Virus record (IMG/VR): IMGVR_UViG_3300020045_002833
Span: 1-25,657 of that record
From: a virus
Lineage: Duplodnaviria > Caudoviricetes
DNA: 25,657 bases
Strand: one strand, 5' to 3'
Below the pieces are notes generated by a model. That model was not told where the DNA came from. It saw only the letters and a program-made list of their open reading frames with translations, and made no database searches. Numbering within the stretch: the stretch's first letter is position 1; each line of letters starts with the position of its first letter. The position numbers and the translations under genes were made by a program. Of this stretch, positions 8,561-17,233 are shown piece after piece.

Positions 8561-10319
8561 ATTTGAATTGAGATAGTCCGCCGATTCCACGGAGTTTATA
8601 GATACCTTGAAGGATTCGGTTCGGATCAAGGTTGAATTGGAGAGCAGCTTGAGGGTTAGTGAGGAGGATGCTGAGAAGTTCCTGCAATGACTGGGCAAGG
8701 AATCCTTTCTCACTAGGGAGAGAGCCGTCATAAACAGTTGTATCGTAGCTTTGAGCCAAATCCTCAGGGGTTCCGTGGAATTGAGGATACAAACCAGCCT
8801 CAGAATCACCAACAATACGAACAAAAGTTTCTTCCGAAAGAGCCTGCCTGTGGTTCAAGAGCAGCCGTTGTGATTGTGGCCGGAAAGCACAGGTCCAGAG
8901 AATGTCCAGAACCAACTTCATCCGACTTGCAGCACCCTGAACAACCGAACGAGCCTCTGTGGCACTTCGACGCCCACCATTGTATTGTCCCATGGCGTTG
9001 TCATTAACCCCAGACACCATCTGCATGACAGTCATGAGATTGTTCGCATCACCCACATGGCCAGTTGTTGTGTCCTGGACCTGAACTTGGGTGATGTAGC
9101 GACGAACATCAGTGCGAGCAGCACTCTTTCGAAGAAGAATAATCCTGGACCGCTTTTCGATTGAACTCACCTCAATCCCGGTAGGATCGACAATGAATTG
9201 ATTGTCAATGGTGCGGGAAACACTCGCCACACGAGAATTGATGAACCAGGAAATTGTGGCTTGGAGGTTATCAATAATACCCGCAAGGCCTGTTGGGGAA
9301 AATTCGTTGATATCGGCAGAAAACTGACCAACCGAACAAGGGTATTGATTATGAATGGTGTTGCTGGGTTCGCATTTGATGACCCGACTGTCATTCGCCA
9401 CCCAAATCACATAGCGGACGGGGAAAGTTTCAGGCCCGAGGGGTTGCATATCCTCGTCCACAAACTCGGATGGAACCAGCCACGTGTGGAATTCTGTTCG
9501 GCTGACTATATTCTTCTCCTTATCTGGTTTGCTCCAGTTGAAAATCCCAGACCGCATTTGATTCCGTCCCCACTGTTTGAGGTTGGTTTCAGCAAAAGCC
9601 TGGACATGTTTGATGCCATGCACCGACCCAAGGGATTCAAGATGCTGGAGTTCCATCTTGGAAATCTCATCCTCAAACCCGACAAAGGAACCCTTCTTCC
9701 ACTCAGCAATAGGATACGCAGGATCGGGGAAGAAACGATATGGGGAAACCACGTCGAGCCGATTCCCCTGAAACGTCCGAACCTTCTTGAATGTTGTGGT
9801 TGTGGTGTCGGGATCGCCATTCTGACCAGGAAAGACGTTGACCGTTGGAATGTAGGTGAATTCTTCCACCCAACTGTCTTTGAGAATGCCAATGGAAAAG
9901 CGTGCAACGTCAAGCAGAAATTGCATAACCAGCCGATCGCCTTCCGAGGTTTGGAAATCCCGTTCAACAATGGTGTCTGCCGCACCTGACCACGCCTTGT
10001 CAGTGTCACCTGTGCCGGAATAACCATAGAACGTGTCCTTCTGCTTGAGCAGCATATAACAGAATGCGACGAAGGTGTTAACCTGTGCATAGGTGAGGGG
10101 GATTGTCATCCCGGTGGGAAGGCCTTGCTCAGCCGCCTGAATGTCGGCTTTGGTCGGTGTCCTCTTACTCGAATACAATTCAGCCTGCTTGTCCCAATAC
10201 GAATAATATTCAGACATCTTGCTCCGTGACGCAACAATGCGATCCTTGACATGAGTCAGGATTTTCTGGTGAAGCGGAGTGATGTCTTCTTGTTTAAGTT
10301 GTTCGTTAAGAGTAGCCAT
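8448..10319 (-). CDS. Portal protein (P22/SU10-like), 623 aa
   Basis: Directly after terminase (TAATG overlap); motifs IPLTYAQVNTFV, VSPYRFFPDP, GVNDNAMGQ, RRSATE typical of podoviral portals. Confidence 0.88.
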   Translation of the reverse strand: MATLNEQLKQEDITPLHQKILTHVKDRIVASRSKMSEYYSYWDKQAELYSSKRTPTKADIQAAEQGLPTGMTIPLTYAQVNTFVAFCYMLLKQKDTFYGYSGTGDTDKAWSGAADTIVERDFQTSEGDRLVMQFLLDVARFSIGILKDSWVEEFTYIPTVNVFPGQNGDPDTTTTTFKKVRTFQGNRLDVVSPYRFFPDPAYPIAEWKKGSFVGFEDEISKMELQHLESLGSVHGIKHVQAFAETNLKQWGRNQMRSGIFNWSKPDKEKNIVSRTEFHTWLVPSEFVDEDMQPLGPETFPVRYVIWVANDSRVIKCEPSNTIHNQYPCSVGQFSADINEFSPTGLAGIIDNLQATISWFINSRVASVSRTIDNQFIVDPTGIEVSSIEKRSRIILLRKSAARTDVRRYITQVQVQDTTTGHVGDANNLMTVMQMVSGVNDNAMGQYNGGRRSATEARSVVQGAASRMKLVLDILWTCAFRPQSQRLLLNHRQALSEETFVRIVGDSEAGLYPQFHGTPEDLAQSYDTTVYDGSLPSEKGFLAQSLQELLSILLTNPQAALQFNLDPNRILQGIYKLRGIGGLSQFKYDPQQLLALQQQQQQLALAQSAGNQTPNPGDPAVPVQ

Positions 10320-11779
10320 TAGAATGCTTTAGCAAAAGGGACAATACGTTCGAAATCCGAATCCTCAAGTTGAATGTATTCAAGTCCAGTCAACGCAAGG
10401 CGGTAGAAATTCTCCATCATGTGGTCGTCCTTGTCCCTCGGTTTATTCGGACGCTTGTCGTCCCACGTATACCGGTCGATTTCAAAAAGAAATTCCGAAA
10501 GGTGTTGGGAAACATTAACCTTCCCCTTGACCGCTAGAAGTTGCTTTACAGCAGTGATACCACGGCTGGGGTCCTTGGGCCCTTTTTCGAGATAAATACC
10601 ATGTTCCGCCAGATCGTCCGCCATGCTGGTTTTGTCATTGGGAGACAACAAATAGGCCGAGGGATCGCAAATGGCACGAGCACAGAAATAAGCCCCAATC
10701 TTTTCGTTGATTTGGGCAGCAAGCTCTGTGCTTGTGCAGGGGTCAAAGATTTCATCAAAAATCCAAACACTGCCGTCAGGTGCCGTAGCAGCAAAAAGGA
10801 CAGCATGAGGGGTGTGAGGGTGCGGATCGAGAGCATAGCGGATGGTATAGTATGCAGGAGGTTTGTTCATCGCCTCCCAACCATTCGGAACACCCACATA
10901 AATATTATCATCCCGAAAGTCATTGTAGATGATGCCACCGAAATCCGTCGGCATCCCCATGATACGAGCTTGACGTTGGTTTTCGGTCAATCCCTTGTCG
11001 AATTCTTTCAACCCCTCGGAGGAGGTGTAGGGATTATCATACGAGGAACCAACAATAACCACCTTCGTCCCATCAATGATGTTGGCAATGGTAGGGTCGA
11101 GGTTGGCCCTCTTCGAGGCAGAAAAGAAATCATTGATCCAAGGTTCACGAAGGGGCGTGCATGTGAACCAAGCTTTACCATTCCGGTCGATAAGTCCCCG
11201 AGCAGAAGCCGTCCACATTTCTTTTGGAATCGGCTCATCCACATGGATCCAATCCCAATCAGAACTCTCAGAACGCTGGTCGTTTTGCTTGAAAGCTGCG
11301 ACCGTATCGAGGCAGATTGTAGATTCCCCACCATGGACGGATTTGACAATAATCTTGTCAATGTTGCCAGAATGATTCTTCTCAACCTTGACAACACTTT
11401 CCCTCGGAAGAAACTTGAAAATCTTCCCCATATCCACACCCTCAGATTGAGATGTGAAGATTTCATCTGCTTTACCCCAGTCGGTGCAGATGATTAAACC
11501 CTTCGTGGTTCTTTGTGGGATTCCATGAAAACGCATCGGGTCATTCTTCTCAAGCCAAGGGCGTTCACCAAGAGCAAAAGCACAATCCTCAGCTGCCCCC
11601 ATGTCACTTTTCCCGAAGCGATTCCCCGTCCGAACATAGCGGTATTTGAAATCCGCAAGACTGTGGAATTTGGATTGCTTCGCATGTGGGCGGTAGTAGG
11701 CAAGACCATTCGACTTCTTCAACTCTTTGCGGAGTCGGAGAAGCCGGATTAGTTCAATGTCTTCTACAATATCAGCCAC
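10319..11779 (-). CDS. terL: Terminase large subunit, 486 aa
   Basis: Adenine-binding PHAKQ, Walker A GNRFGKS, Walker B WIHVDEP, coupling motif FTCTP, RNase H-like nuclease YALDPH...CDPS...DDHMME. Confidence 0.93.
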   Translation of the reverse strand: MADIVEDIELIRLLRLRKELKKSNGLAYYRPHAKQSKFHSLADFKYRYVRTGNRFGKSDMGAAEDCAFALGERPWLEKNDPMRFHGIPQRTTKGLIICTDWGKADEIFTSQSEGVDMGKIFKFLPRESVVKVEKNHSGNIDKIIVKSVHGGESTICLDTVAAFKQNDQRSESSDWDWIHVDEPIPKEMWTASARGLIDRNGKAWFTCTPLREPWINDFFSASKRANLDPTIANIIDGTKVVIVGSSYDNPYTSSEGLKEFDKGLTENQRQARIMGMPTDFGGIIYNDFRDDNIYVGVPNGWEAMNKPPAYYTIRYALDPHPHTPHAVLFAATAPDGSVWIFDEIFDPCTSTELAAQINEKIGAYFCARAICDPSAYLLSPNDKTSMADDLAEHGIYLEKGPKDPSRGITAVKQLLAVKGKVNVSQHLSEFLFEIDRYTWDDKRPNKPRDKDDHMMENFYRLALTGLEYIQLEDSDFERIVPFAKAF

Positions 11780-11781
11780 AA

Positions 11782-12396
11782 TTACATCGGTTGGAGTTGG
11801 TATTGAACCCCGTTCACACGGGCGGGAACATCAGGGAAAATAGTATATTGCACAACCTTGCTGGTGGTGCCACCATGCCGAGGGCTTGGATTGAATCCGA
11901 GTGCAGCCGCGAGTGCCATCGACCCTTCTCCGAGTTTGCTCCTTGGTCCAATGTCGGCAACAACAGCATCCACAACCTTCCCGTTGCAGGAAACTCGTGC
12001 ATGGCATCCCATGACAACCCCAGGAACAGAGAGGCGGATTTGAGGGGGAACCACCACATAGGGGACACTCTCAGCATCCACATAGCGTAGGGGATTTTTC
12101 AACGAAAGAACCTTTCCTTCGGGAGTTTTCCGGTGTTGGTAGGTTGTTGGGGAAACATAATACCCAGGTGCAGGATCATTCGGCCCCTGAACAACGGGTT
12201 CGCCATTCTCAGTCACAATCCCCCACCAATTTCCAGGCCTCCCAGCACACGAAATGTCGTCAAGGCCCTTCTTATTCTGTGGGTGGTAGGCGCGATAAGC
12301 TCCATCTGCGTCAATAGCAAGACCTGCAACCCACGAAAGGGAGGCGTCTGCATTCAAAACGACAGGGATATTTGCAACAACAAGAAGAGTTTTCAT
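11782..12396 (-). CDS. Glycoside hydrolase family 75 (chitosanase-like) protein, putative endolysin, 204 aa
   Basis: IDADG, GYYVSPT, YVDAESVPYVVVP and ADIGP...GEGSMALA motifs match recalled GH75 consensus; last gene of a cluster of membrane proteins. Confidence 0.75.
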   Translation of the reverse strand: MKTLLVVANIPVVLNADASLSWVAGLAIDADGAYRAYHPQNKKGLDDISCAGRPGNWWGIVTENGEPVVQGPNDPAPGYYVSPTTYQHRKTPEGKVLSLKNPLRYVDAESVPYVVVPPQIRLSVPGVVMGCHARVSCNGKVVDAVVADIGPRSKLGEGSMALAAALGFNPSPRHGGTTSKVVQYTIFPDVPARVNGVQYQLQPM

Positions 12397-12647
12397 TGAC
12401 TAGGAGGAAGTGTTCGGGTGGGGTGCGGATCAGCCAAACGATAACCTTTGGGGATTGCACCATTGCCGGGAGCATTCTTGTCTCGGACAAGAGGGATGCC
12501 ATTATGGAAAAGGGGTTCTTCGGGGTCGCCCTGCCACTCATTCGGAACAACCGAAAATTCGGGCGGAGTCGGAAGCCACATGGAAATCAACAAAGAAATC
12601 CCCGCAACAAAACCGAGACCTAGAATGTATGGAAGGGCCGGTTTCAT
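12393..12647 (-). CDS. Single-pass membrane protein with Pro-rich tail, possible spanin component, 84 aa
   Basis: N-terminal TM helix ALPYILGLGFVAGISLLISMWL; ATGA-coupled on both sides. Confidence 0.6.
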   Translation of the reverse strand: MKPALPYILGLGFVAGISLLISMWLPTPPEFSVVPNEWQGDPEEPLFHNGIPLVRDKNAPGNGAIPKGYRLADPHPTRTLPPSQ

Positions 12648-12799
12648 TTGGCTGTTTTGGGTGGACGTGGAATATAGTTGTAGGTCGCAGATGCAGAACC
12701 AACAAGCTTTCCAGTCACCGGATCAGTTTGAATTGAAACGGTGGGAACGAGACCTTCACAGGAAGAGAGAAGAAAGGAGAGAAGAAACAGGATTTTCAT
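12644..12799 (-). CDS. Small lipoprotein (o-spanin-like), 51 aa, not in ORF track
   Basis: Translates MKILFLLSFLLSSCEGLVPTVSIQTDPVTGKLVGSASATYNYIPRPPKTAK; signal peptide II with lipobox LSSC; ATGA overlaps with both neighbours fill the gap exactly. Confidence 0.8.
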   Translation of the reverse strand: MKILFLLSFLLSSCEGLVPTVSIQTDPVTGKLVGSASATYNYIPRPPKTAK

Positions 12800-13305
12800 A
12801 GAATCATCGCCCCAGGTTTGGAATTACGAAACATCACCGCATCGTAGCGAGTGGAAAAAACTTTCGTCATCGGCATCCCATCCACATCATAAGAGACAGT
12901 GTGGGATTCAACAACAGGCGGGGAAGGCGGGAGCTGTGCAACTGCATCAACCAGCGGATACCGGAGCAAACCTGGAATTTCCACCCGTTCCTCAACCGAA
13001 GGAACCACAATCACAGGTAGAATTTCTGTTGGTTTGTCGGCGGGTGTCGGAGACACCTGAGAATCAGACCTCAAATCAACGAGTTCATCGCGGGTGTTGC
13101 TCCGCACATGGTTGGCTTCGGCACTAAGATAATACTCAAACCAAGCAATCGCAAGCGTAATCAGGCCGGAAACAATAGGTTCCCACGCAGATTGGCCTTT
13201 GGCAATGAGAAGTCCGGAGATAAGGAAGCCTGCATTCTTCAACAACTTGATGAGTTGTCGACTTGCATGGCCGTCAATGGAAATTAGAAAGGGAATAAAA
13301 TTCAT
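12796..13305 (-). CDS. Holin-like membrane protein with long soluble C-terminal extension, 169 aa
   Basis: Two short hydrophobic helices (AGFLISGLLIA; IVSGLITLAIAWFEYYL) at the N-terminus; within the lysis cluster. Confidence 0.55.
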   Translation of the reverse strand: MNFIPFLISIDGHASRQLIKLLKNAGFLISGLLIAKGQSAWEPIVSGLITLAIAWFEYYLSAEANHVRSNTRDELVDLRSDSQVSPTPADKPTEILPVIVVPSVEERVEIPGLLRYPLVDAVAQLPPSPPVVESHTVSYDVDGMPMTKVFSTRYDAVMFRNSKPGAMIL

Positions 13306-13589
13306 AAAGCATTTTGTGGTTTCCGCAAAGCGCGGAGTTTACGGAAATGGCAATCTTGGACCGGACAATATTCAACTTCACGAACCTCAAGGGCTAGGGC
13401 TGCATTTGTTTTGGTCAACTCGTTGTTCTGCTTCTCCAACAGATCGAATTCAACCCGCACCGCCTTGAGTTCAGCACGCAAATCCTCAACCTGTTTAACG
13501 AGATTGTTGTAGGAAAGCCTGGCAAGGGTGGCAATGATTGCGCCAGCACCTGCAAGGACGGAAAGGATGATGGTGTCGGAGAGGATCAT
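13302..13589 (-). CDS. N-terminal TM plus coiled-coil protein (holin/i-spanin-like), 95 aa
   Basis: Preferred ATG at 13589, just after upstream stop; TM IILSVLAGAGAIIATLA, heptad coiled coil, CPVQDC near C-terminus. Confidence 0.6.
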   Translation of the reverse strand: MILSDTIILSVLAGAGAIIATLARLSYNNLVKQVEDLRAELKAVRVEFDLLEKQNNELTKTNAALALEVREVEYCPVQDCHFRKLRALRKPQNAL

Positions 13590-13597
13590 GACAAGAG

Positions 13598-13906
13598 TTA
13601 AGGATTTTGCAACAAAGCTTGTGCAGCTTGCCATTCCATGAGTTTAGGAATGGCCAAAGTGATCGCCTCAAATGCAACAGCAGCTTCCGGCACGGCAGCA
13701 AGAACTTCAAACAATTTGTCGCTGGAGAACGTCACCATCTCGGATGCCGGACCAAGCGTTTGCCCGTCGAAGGGAAGCAGTTCGAGGCGGAGACTTCCAA
13801 CCCCGACGACTGGTGAATGCGCGGAGAGGTTGTAGATGTAGAGCTTGTCGAAGGTTTTCGCTGCGACTGCTGGGATGGTGATTTTGGTGTGTGGAATTTC
13901 GGCCAT
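13598..13906 (-). CDS. Tail-fibre-associated small protein (possible chaperone), 102 aa
   Basis: Preferred ATG at 13906, 4 nt after the fibre stop (MAEIPHTKITIPAVAAKTFDKLYIYNL...); function from position only. Confidence 0.6.
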   Translation of the reverse strand: MAEIPHTKITIPAVAAKTFDKLYIYNLSAHSPVVGVGSLRLELLPFDGQTLGPASEMVTFSSDKLFEVLAAVPEAAVAFEAITLAIPKLMEWQAAQALLQNP

Positions 13907-13910
13907 GGTG

Positions 13911-15533
13911 TTATGCAATTTTAAGGGTTCCTGAGTCGTTCCAGATGTCGCCAGCGGATAATCCAGCGGCACTGGTTGGAAGGTTTGATAGATTCAGACG
14001 TGAGGCTCGAAGCGGGGCGTCTGCGGAGTCGTCACCTAACCTTGAGACTAGGGTGGTTCCGTCGCGCTTGATCGCTGGGAAAGATGATGAATTCCCACCC
14101 AAACACATAATGTGATCCGAAAACAAAAAAACCGAGCCACCGAAACGGATAGCGGGATACCCGGCCCCAACGTCCCCAAAACCAATGGACAGTGTCCCGC
14201 CATTGTCCGCGATGTGCCCTGCGGTTTTAATTTTAATGCCGGATGAATTCACCGTCAGTGTGGCGTCTCCATCGCGACGAATAATCAAATCCCGCGCACT
14301 CCCCCCACTCGCTCCCTTCTCAGTCCCGATCACGAACGCGCCAGAGCCGCTGTCATACTTGGACGACAGGCGCTCGTAAACGGTGGATGAGGTGTCCGTG
14401 GCATAAATCTCGAATGTTTGAGCGCTTGCCCCGTTTGCTAGACACACTTTATTTGCCGTGCCTTTCGATGAAATAAATGTCCCGTGAAGGCCGATACCAA
14501 AACCGGATGATGCATCCGTAATCGTTAGGTTTCCAAAGTAAGCACCAGCCCCATAAACATTAGAAAATCCCGATCCTGAATTCCTGAAAACCCAGCAGGT
14601 ATAAGCGTTAAGGTATGCCAATCTTGCCTGAACAGTCGTCCCGTCGGTGTCTTTAGCGATGATGTTCGCCTCGTTGGAGAGTGTAATCGATCCAACTCCG
14701 GTTGTTGCTCCAATGGAACTCGGATTGATCGCCTCTCTGTCTTTTGCTGCTACGCCTAAATTTGCCCGCGCTGTTGATGCGCTGGTGAGGTCTGAGAGGT
14801 TGCTCGACTTGTCCATCTTTGATGTCGAGAGCGAGCCAACGGAACTTGAAACCGAGGAGATGGCGCTTGCGTTATCGCTTAACTCTGTTGCCACGTCCAC
14901 TCCACCCGATAGAGTTAGTGAATTGTGAGTAACGTCATCGTCAACGCCTAGCCCAATATTGGTTGCCGCTTGCTCTTTCTGTCCTGCGTCGAGAGTTTGC
15001 GCGGTGTAAAGGACGGCATCTGTTGCGCCTCCAGACTCCAAAGCTGTCACCCTGTCGTCAATAGCGCCAACGGTTGCGATGGTTGCGTAAACCGCCGCCA
15101 CCGCTTCCGATGTTAAATAGATGTCAGTCACCGCCGGAGGATCTGCCGTGAGACTTGCGGTTGAGTCGTCCGCATTCAGTTTCAGCGTCCCAATCCACAG
15201 CGTCCGGTGCGTGTCGCCTTCGGTTGCGTAAAGGATCAGCGCGTAATCTGTGGCAGTCTTATCGACTGCCTGATTCATCTGCGCCGAGGTAAACGCCAGT
15301 GTCACACTCGCGCCTGTTGGAGATGCTGAAGACGAAACGCGAGCAAGTAATCCATCATCTCCCGGTGTGGACGCTGCCCGCAATTCCAGCCTGACAACAT
15401 CTGCGCCGTTGAAAGTTTGCCCTGTCGGCAAAGTGAAAACGAAGCTCGCAGGATTCGCCTGGAATAGTTCGCACTCGGTTGGAGTCGTCGATGATTCCGG
15501 TGTGATTGCGAAAGATTTTGTCGAGAGTGCCAT
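13911..15533 (-). CDS. Tail fibre / receptor-binding protein, 540 aa
   Basis: BppU-like beta N-terminus, shaft motifs (QTLDAGQKEQAATNIG, NLSDLTSASTARANLG), fibre modules NGASAQTFEIY...YER, SSSFPAIKR and C-terminal LPTSAAGLSAGDIWNDSGTLKI. Confidence 0.8.
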   Translation of the reverse strand: MALSTKSFAITPESSTTPTECELFQANPASFVFTLPTGQTFNGADVVRLELRAASTPGDDGLLARVSSSASPTGASVTLAFTSAQMNQAVDKTATDYALILYATEGDTHRTLWIGTLKLNADDSTASLTADPPAVTDIYLTSEAVAAVYATIATVGAIDDRVTALESGGATDAVLYTAQTLDAGQKEQAATNIGLGVDDDVTHNSLTLSGGVDVATELSDNASAISSVSSSVGSLSTSKMDKSSNLSDLTSASTARANLGVAAKDREAINPSSIGATTGVGSITLSNEANIIAKDTDGTTVQARLAYLNAYTCWVFRNSGSGFSNVYGAGAYFGNLTITDASSGFGIGLHGTFISSKGTANKVCLANGASAQTFEIYATDTSSTVYERLSSKYDSGSGAFVIGTEKGASGGSARDLIIRRDGDATLTVNSSGIKIKTAGHIADNGGTLSIGFGDVGAGYPAIRFGGSVFLFSDHIMCLGGNSSSFPAIKRDGTTLVSRLGDDSADAPLRASRLNLSNLPTSAAGLSAGDIWNDSGTLKIA

Positions 15534-15556
15534 TAAAAAACGGCGAGTGTCAACCC
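15534..15556 (-). promoter_or_regulatory. GGGTTGACA motif 14 nt upstream of tail fibre ATG (copy 1)
   Basis: Minus strand gggTTGACActcgccgttttttaATG; similar copy at 20355-20379. Confidence 0.6.
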
Positions 15557-15557
15557 T

Positions 15558-16358
15558 TCAAAGGAACCTGTGGAGTTTGTGATTCGGCGTTTTCAATATC
15601 CGTTGCCATCCTGAGTTGAACTTGTCGAGAGCGTCGGGGAATTCTCGTTCCAGAATCTCGGTCACAAGCGCCACTGCTACAGGATCGCGCTTTCGCTCGC
15701 CAGCCAAGTGTGTGTAATCCAGTCCTGCGAAGTCTGCAATGTATGGGTGACCGTCCGTTAAAGTTGTCACCTCTGGAACGATTCCACCAATCAGATACTG
15801 CTCAATCTGCATTGAGAGCGTTGTCCCGCTGATGTCGCTTCCAATTAGCTTTCCAGCATCGCTTAAAGCCCGCTCTGCGTATACTTTGACTTGCTGGTAA
15901 TCATTCCCGCCGATTAGCCCGCAGTTGTAGGGAATCCATCCATCTGGATAACCGAGAATCCGCCGAGTCTGTTTTGCATTCTCGAGATAGTAGCCAGCTT
16001 CATAATCTTTCGATTGCGTGATGAATCCGCCAGCGAGGAAACTTTCAGGCGGGGGGGAGAGGGTCAAAACGTCGCCGTCGAATTGCAGAACCGGACCACC
16101 CGCTTTTATCAGCGTCCAGAGCTTACCGATTGCCCAAATCCTCCGCAGTCCGGTGCGTGGCATGTCGTCTAACCATCTTTCGATACGGACATCCCATCCC
16201 AATTCACGCGCTAAAATCTCGCCACCTTTGTCCGTGGAAAATGTGATTTCGCCATGATGCTTTTGCGCCAAGCAATGCGCCAGAGTTTGCACAAGTAACG
16301 GTTCGCGCCGGACCTTAAAGCGGTCAGTGCCAGTCCAGATGCTTGTGGCGAATCGCAT
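15558..16358 (-). CDS. DUF6734-like / GT-A nucleotide-sugar transferase-like protein, 266 aa
   Basis: STDKGG, WAIGKL, PVLQFDGDV (DxD), YNCGLIGG, IEQY and YTHLAG motifs recall DUF6734 and GT-A fold enzymes. Confidence 0.65.
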   Translation of the reverse strand: MRFATSIWTGTDRFKVRREPLLVQTLAHCLAQKHHGEITFSTDKGGEILARELGWDVRIERWLDDMPRTGLRRIWAIGKLWTLIKAGGPVLQFDGDVLTLSPPPESFLAGGFITQSKDYEAGYYLENAKQTRRILGYPDGWIPYNCGLIGGNDYQQVKVYAERALSDAGKLIGSDISGTTLSMQIEQYLIGGIVPEVTTLTDGHPYIADFAGLDYTHLAGERKRDPVAVALVTEILEREFPDALDKFNSGWQRILKTPNHKLHRFL

Positions 16359-17233
16359 TACACAGAGGCAACGCTGATGGAATTATCGTCGAGAGCTTCG
16401 CAAGTGCGGAGGAAATTCACAACCAACTGAGCTGCATCAACCACTCCCGGCCCTGCTCCCGGTTGGTTATAGTCCGCATCCAATGTGCAAGATCCAAGAT
16501 CGTTCCACGCTACTCCTTCAAATTTGAATCCACCGTTAAAGCCTGGGTAAGCTGTGCCAAGTTGGATTTCTTCGTCAACTTCGCCAGCGTTCAGCGTAAC
16601 AGAGATGTCACCAACCCCTTTAGGTCCGCCCATGATCGTAACCTTTGCAATAACGTCCACGGTTGCTGGTGCCGAGAGTAAACAATGCCGCTCGTTATTT
16701 TCTGGCGTGCCGTAGTCAACGATTGCTGTGATCACGATTCGCGCCTCGCCTGCGGTGCCAGTGCCGTGTGGTGGGTGCGATGATCCGCCGCCCCCACCTC
16801 CTCCGCCGCCCCCGCCACCTGCTCCTGCGCCCCCGCCTCCACCGCCCCATGATCCACCGCCACTACCTCCGCCAGCAACTACAGGCTCGCCAGTTACAGG
16901 ATCGGGGAAAGTGTCAGGTGGTGGAGTTGTTGATCCTCCCGCTGGCGGTGTCGTTGTAGTTGGCGGAACGATGATGCCGTCTGTTGGTGCTGGCGGGGGA
17001 ACGATAACCTCGCCATTCCCATCCGTTACCCATGGTTCGTCTGTCCAATCGTTCGCGAGGAATTCACCACGCTTGAATTCCGCTGCTACAACTACGTGGT
17101 CCGTCTCTGATTCTTGCTGATGGAACCAAAGCGAAGTGGTGTAGTAAATCCATTCCTTCCACGCCTCACGCCGGATTTTTGATCCTTGGAAGGCGAGTGC
17201 CCGAGCCTGAAACCAGTTTAATTTTCGGCTCAT
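16358..17233 (-). CDS. Fusion protein: Tad2/DUF2829-like N-domain, Pro/Thr and poly-Gly linker, beta-rich C-domain, 291 aa
   Basis: Start at 17233 (TAATG overlap): MSRKLNWFQARALAFQGSKIRREAW...EFLANDW. Confidence 0.6.
   Translation of the reverse strand: MSRKLNWFQARALAFQGSKIRREAWKEWIYYTTSLWFHQQESETDHVVVAAEFKRGEFLANDWTDEPWVTDGNGEVIVPPPAPTDGIIVPPTTTTPPAGGSTTPPPDTFPDPVTGEPVVAGGGSGGGSWGGGGGGAGAGGGGGGGGGGGGSSHPPHGTGTAGEARIVITAIVDYGTPENNERHCLLSAPATVDVIAKVTIMGGPKGVGDISVTLNAGEVDEEIQLGTAYPGFNGGFKFEGVAWNDLGSCTLDADYNQPGAGPGVVDAAQLVVNFLRTCEALDDNSISVASV
16784..16873 (-). repeat. Low-complexity poly-Gly coding tract
   Basis: GGGSGGGSWGGGGGGAGAGGGGGGGGGGGG encoded by mixed GGN codons. Confidence 0.85.

Noticed and set aside
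8561-8824. Extended start of the 8207 ORF given in the track
   Set aside because: Lies deep within conserved portal coding sequence; ATG at 8560 fits better.
9198-11497. Long plus-strand ORFs 9198-9989 and 10541-11497
   Set aside because: Antisense shadows of portal and terminase.
13911-15533. Diversity-generating retroelement or invertible segment at the fibre tip
   Set aside because: No reverse transcriptase, recombinase or duplicated template repeat seen in the window.
16728-17120. Poly-Pro plus-strand ORF / possible tandem repeat array
   Set aside because: Reverse complement of the poly-Gly linker; no fixed repeat unit.
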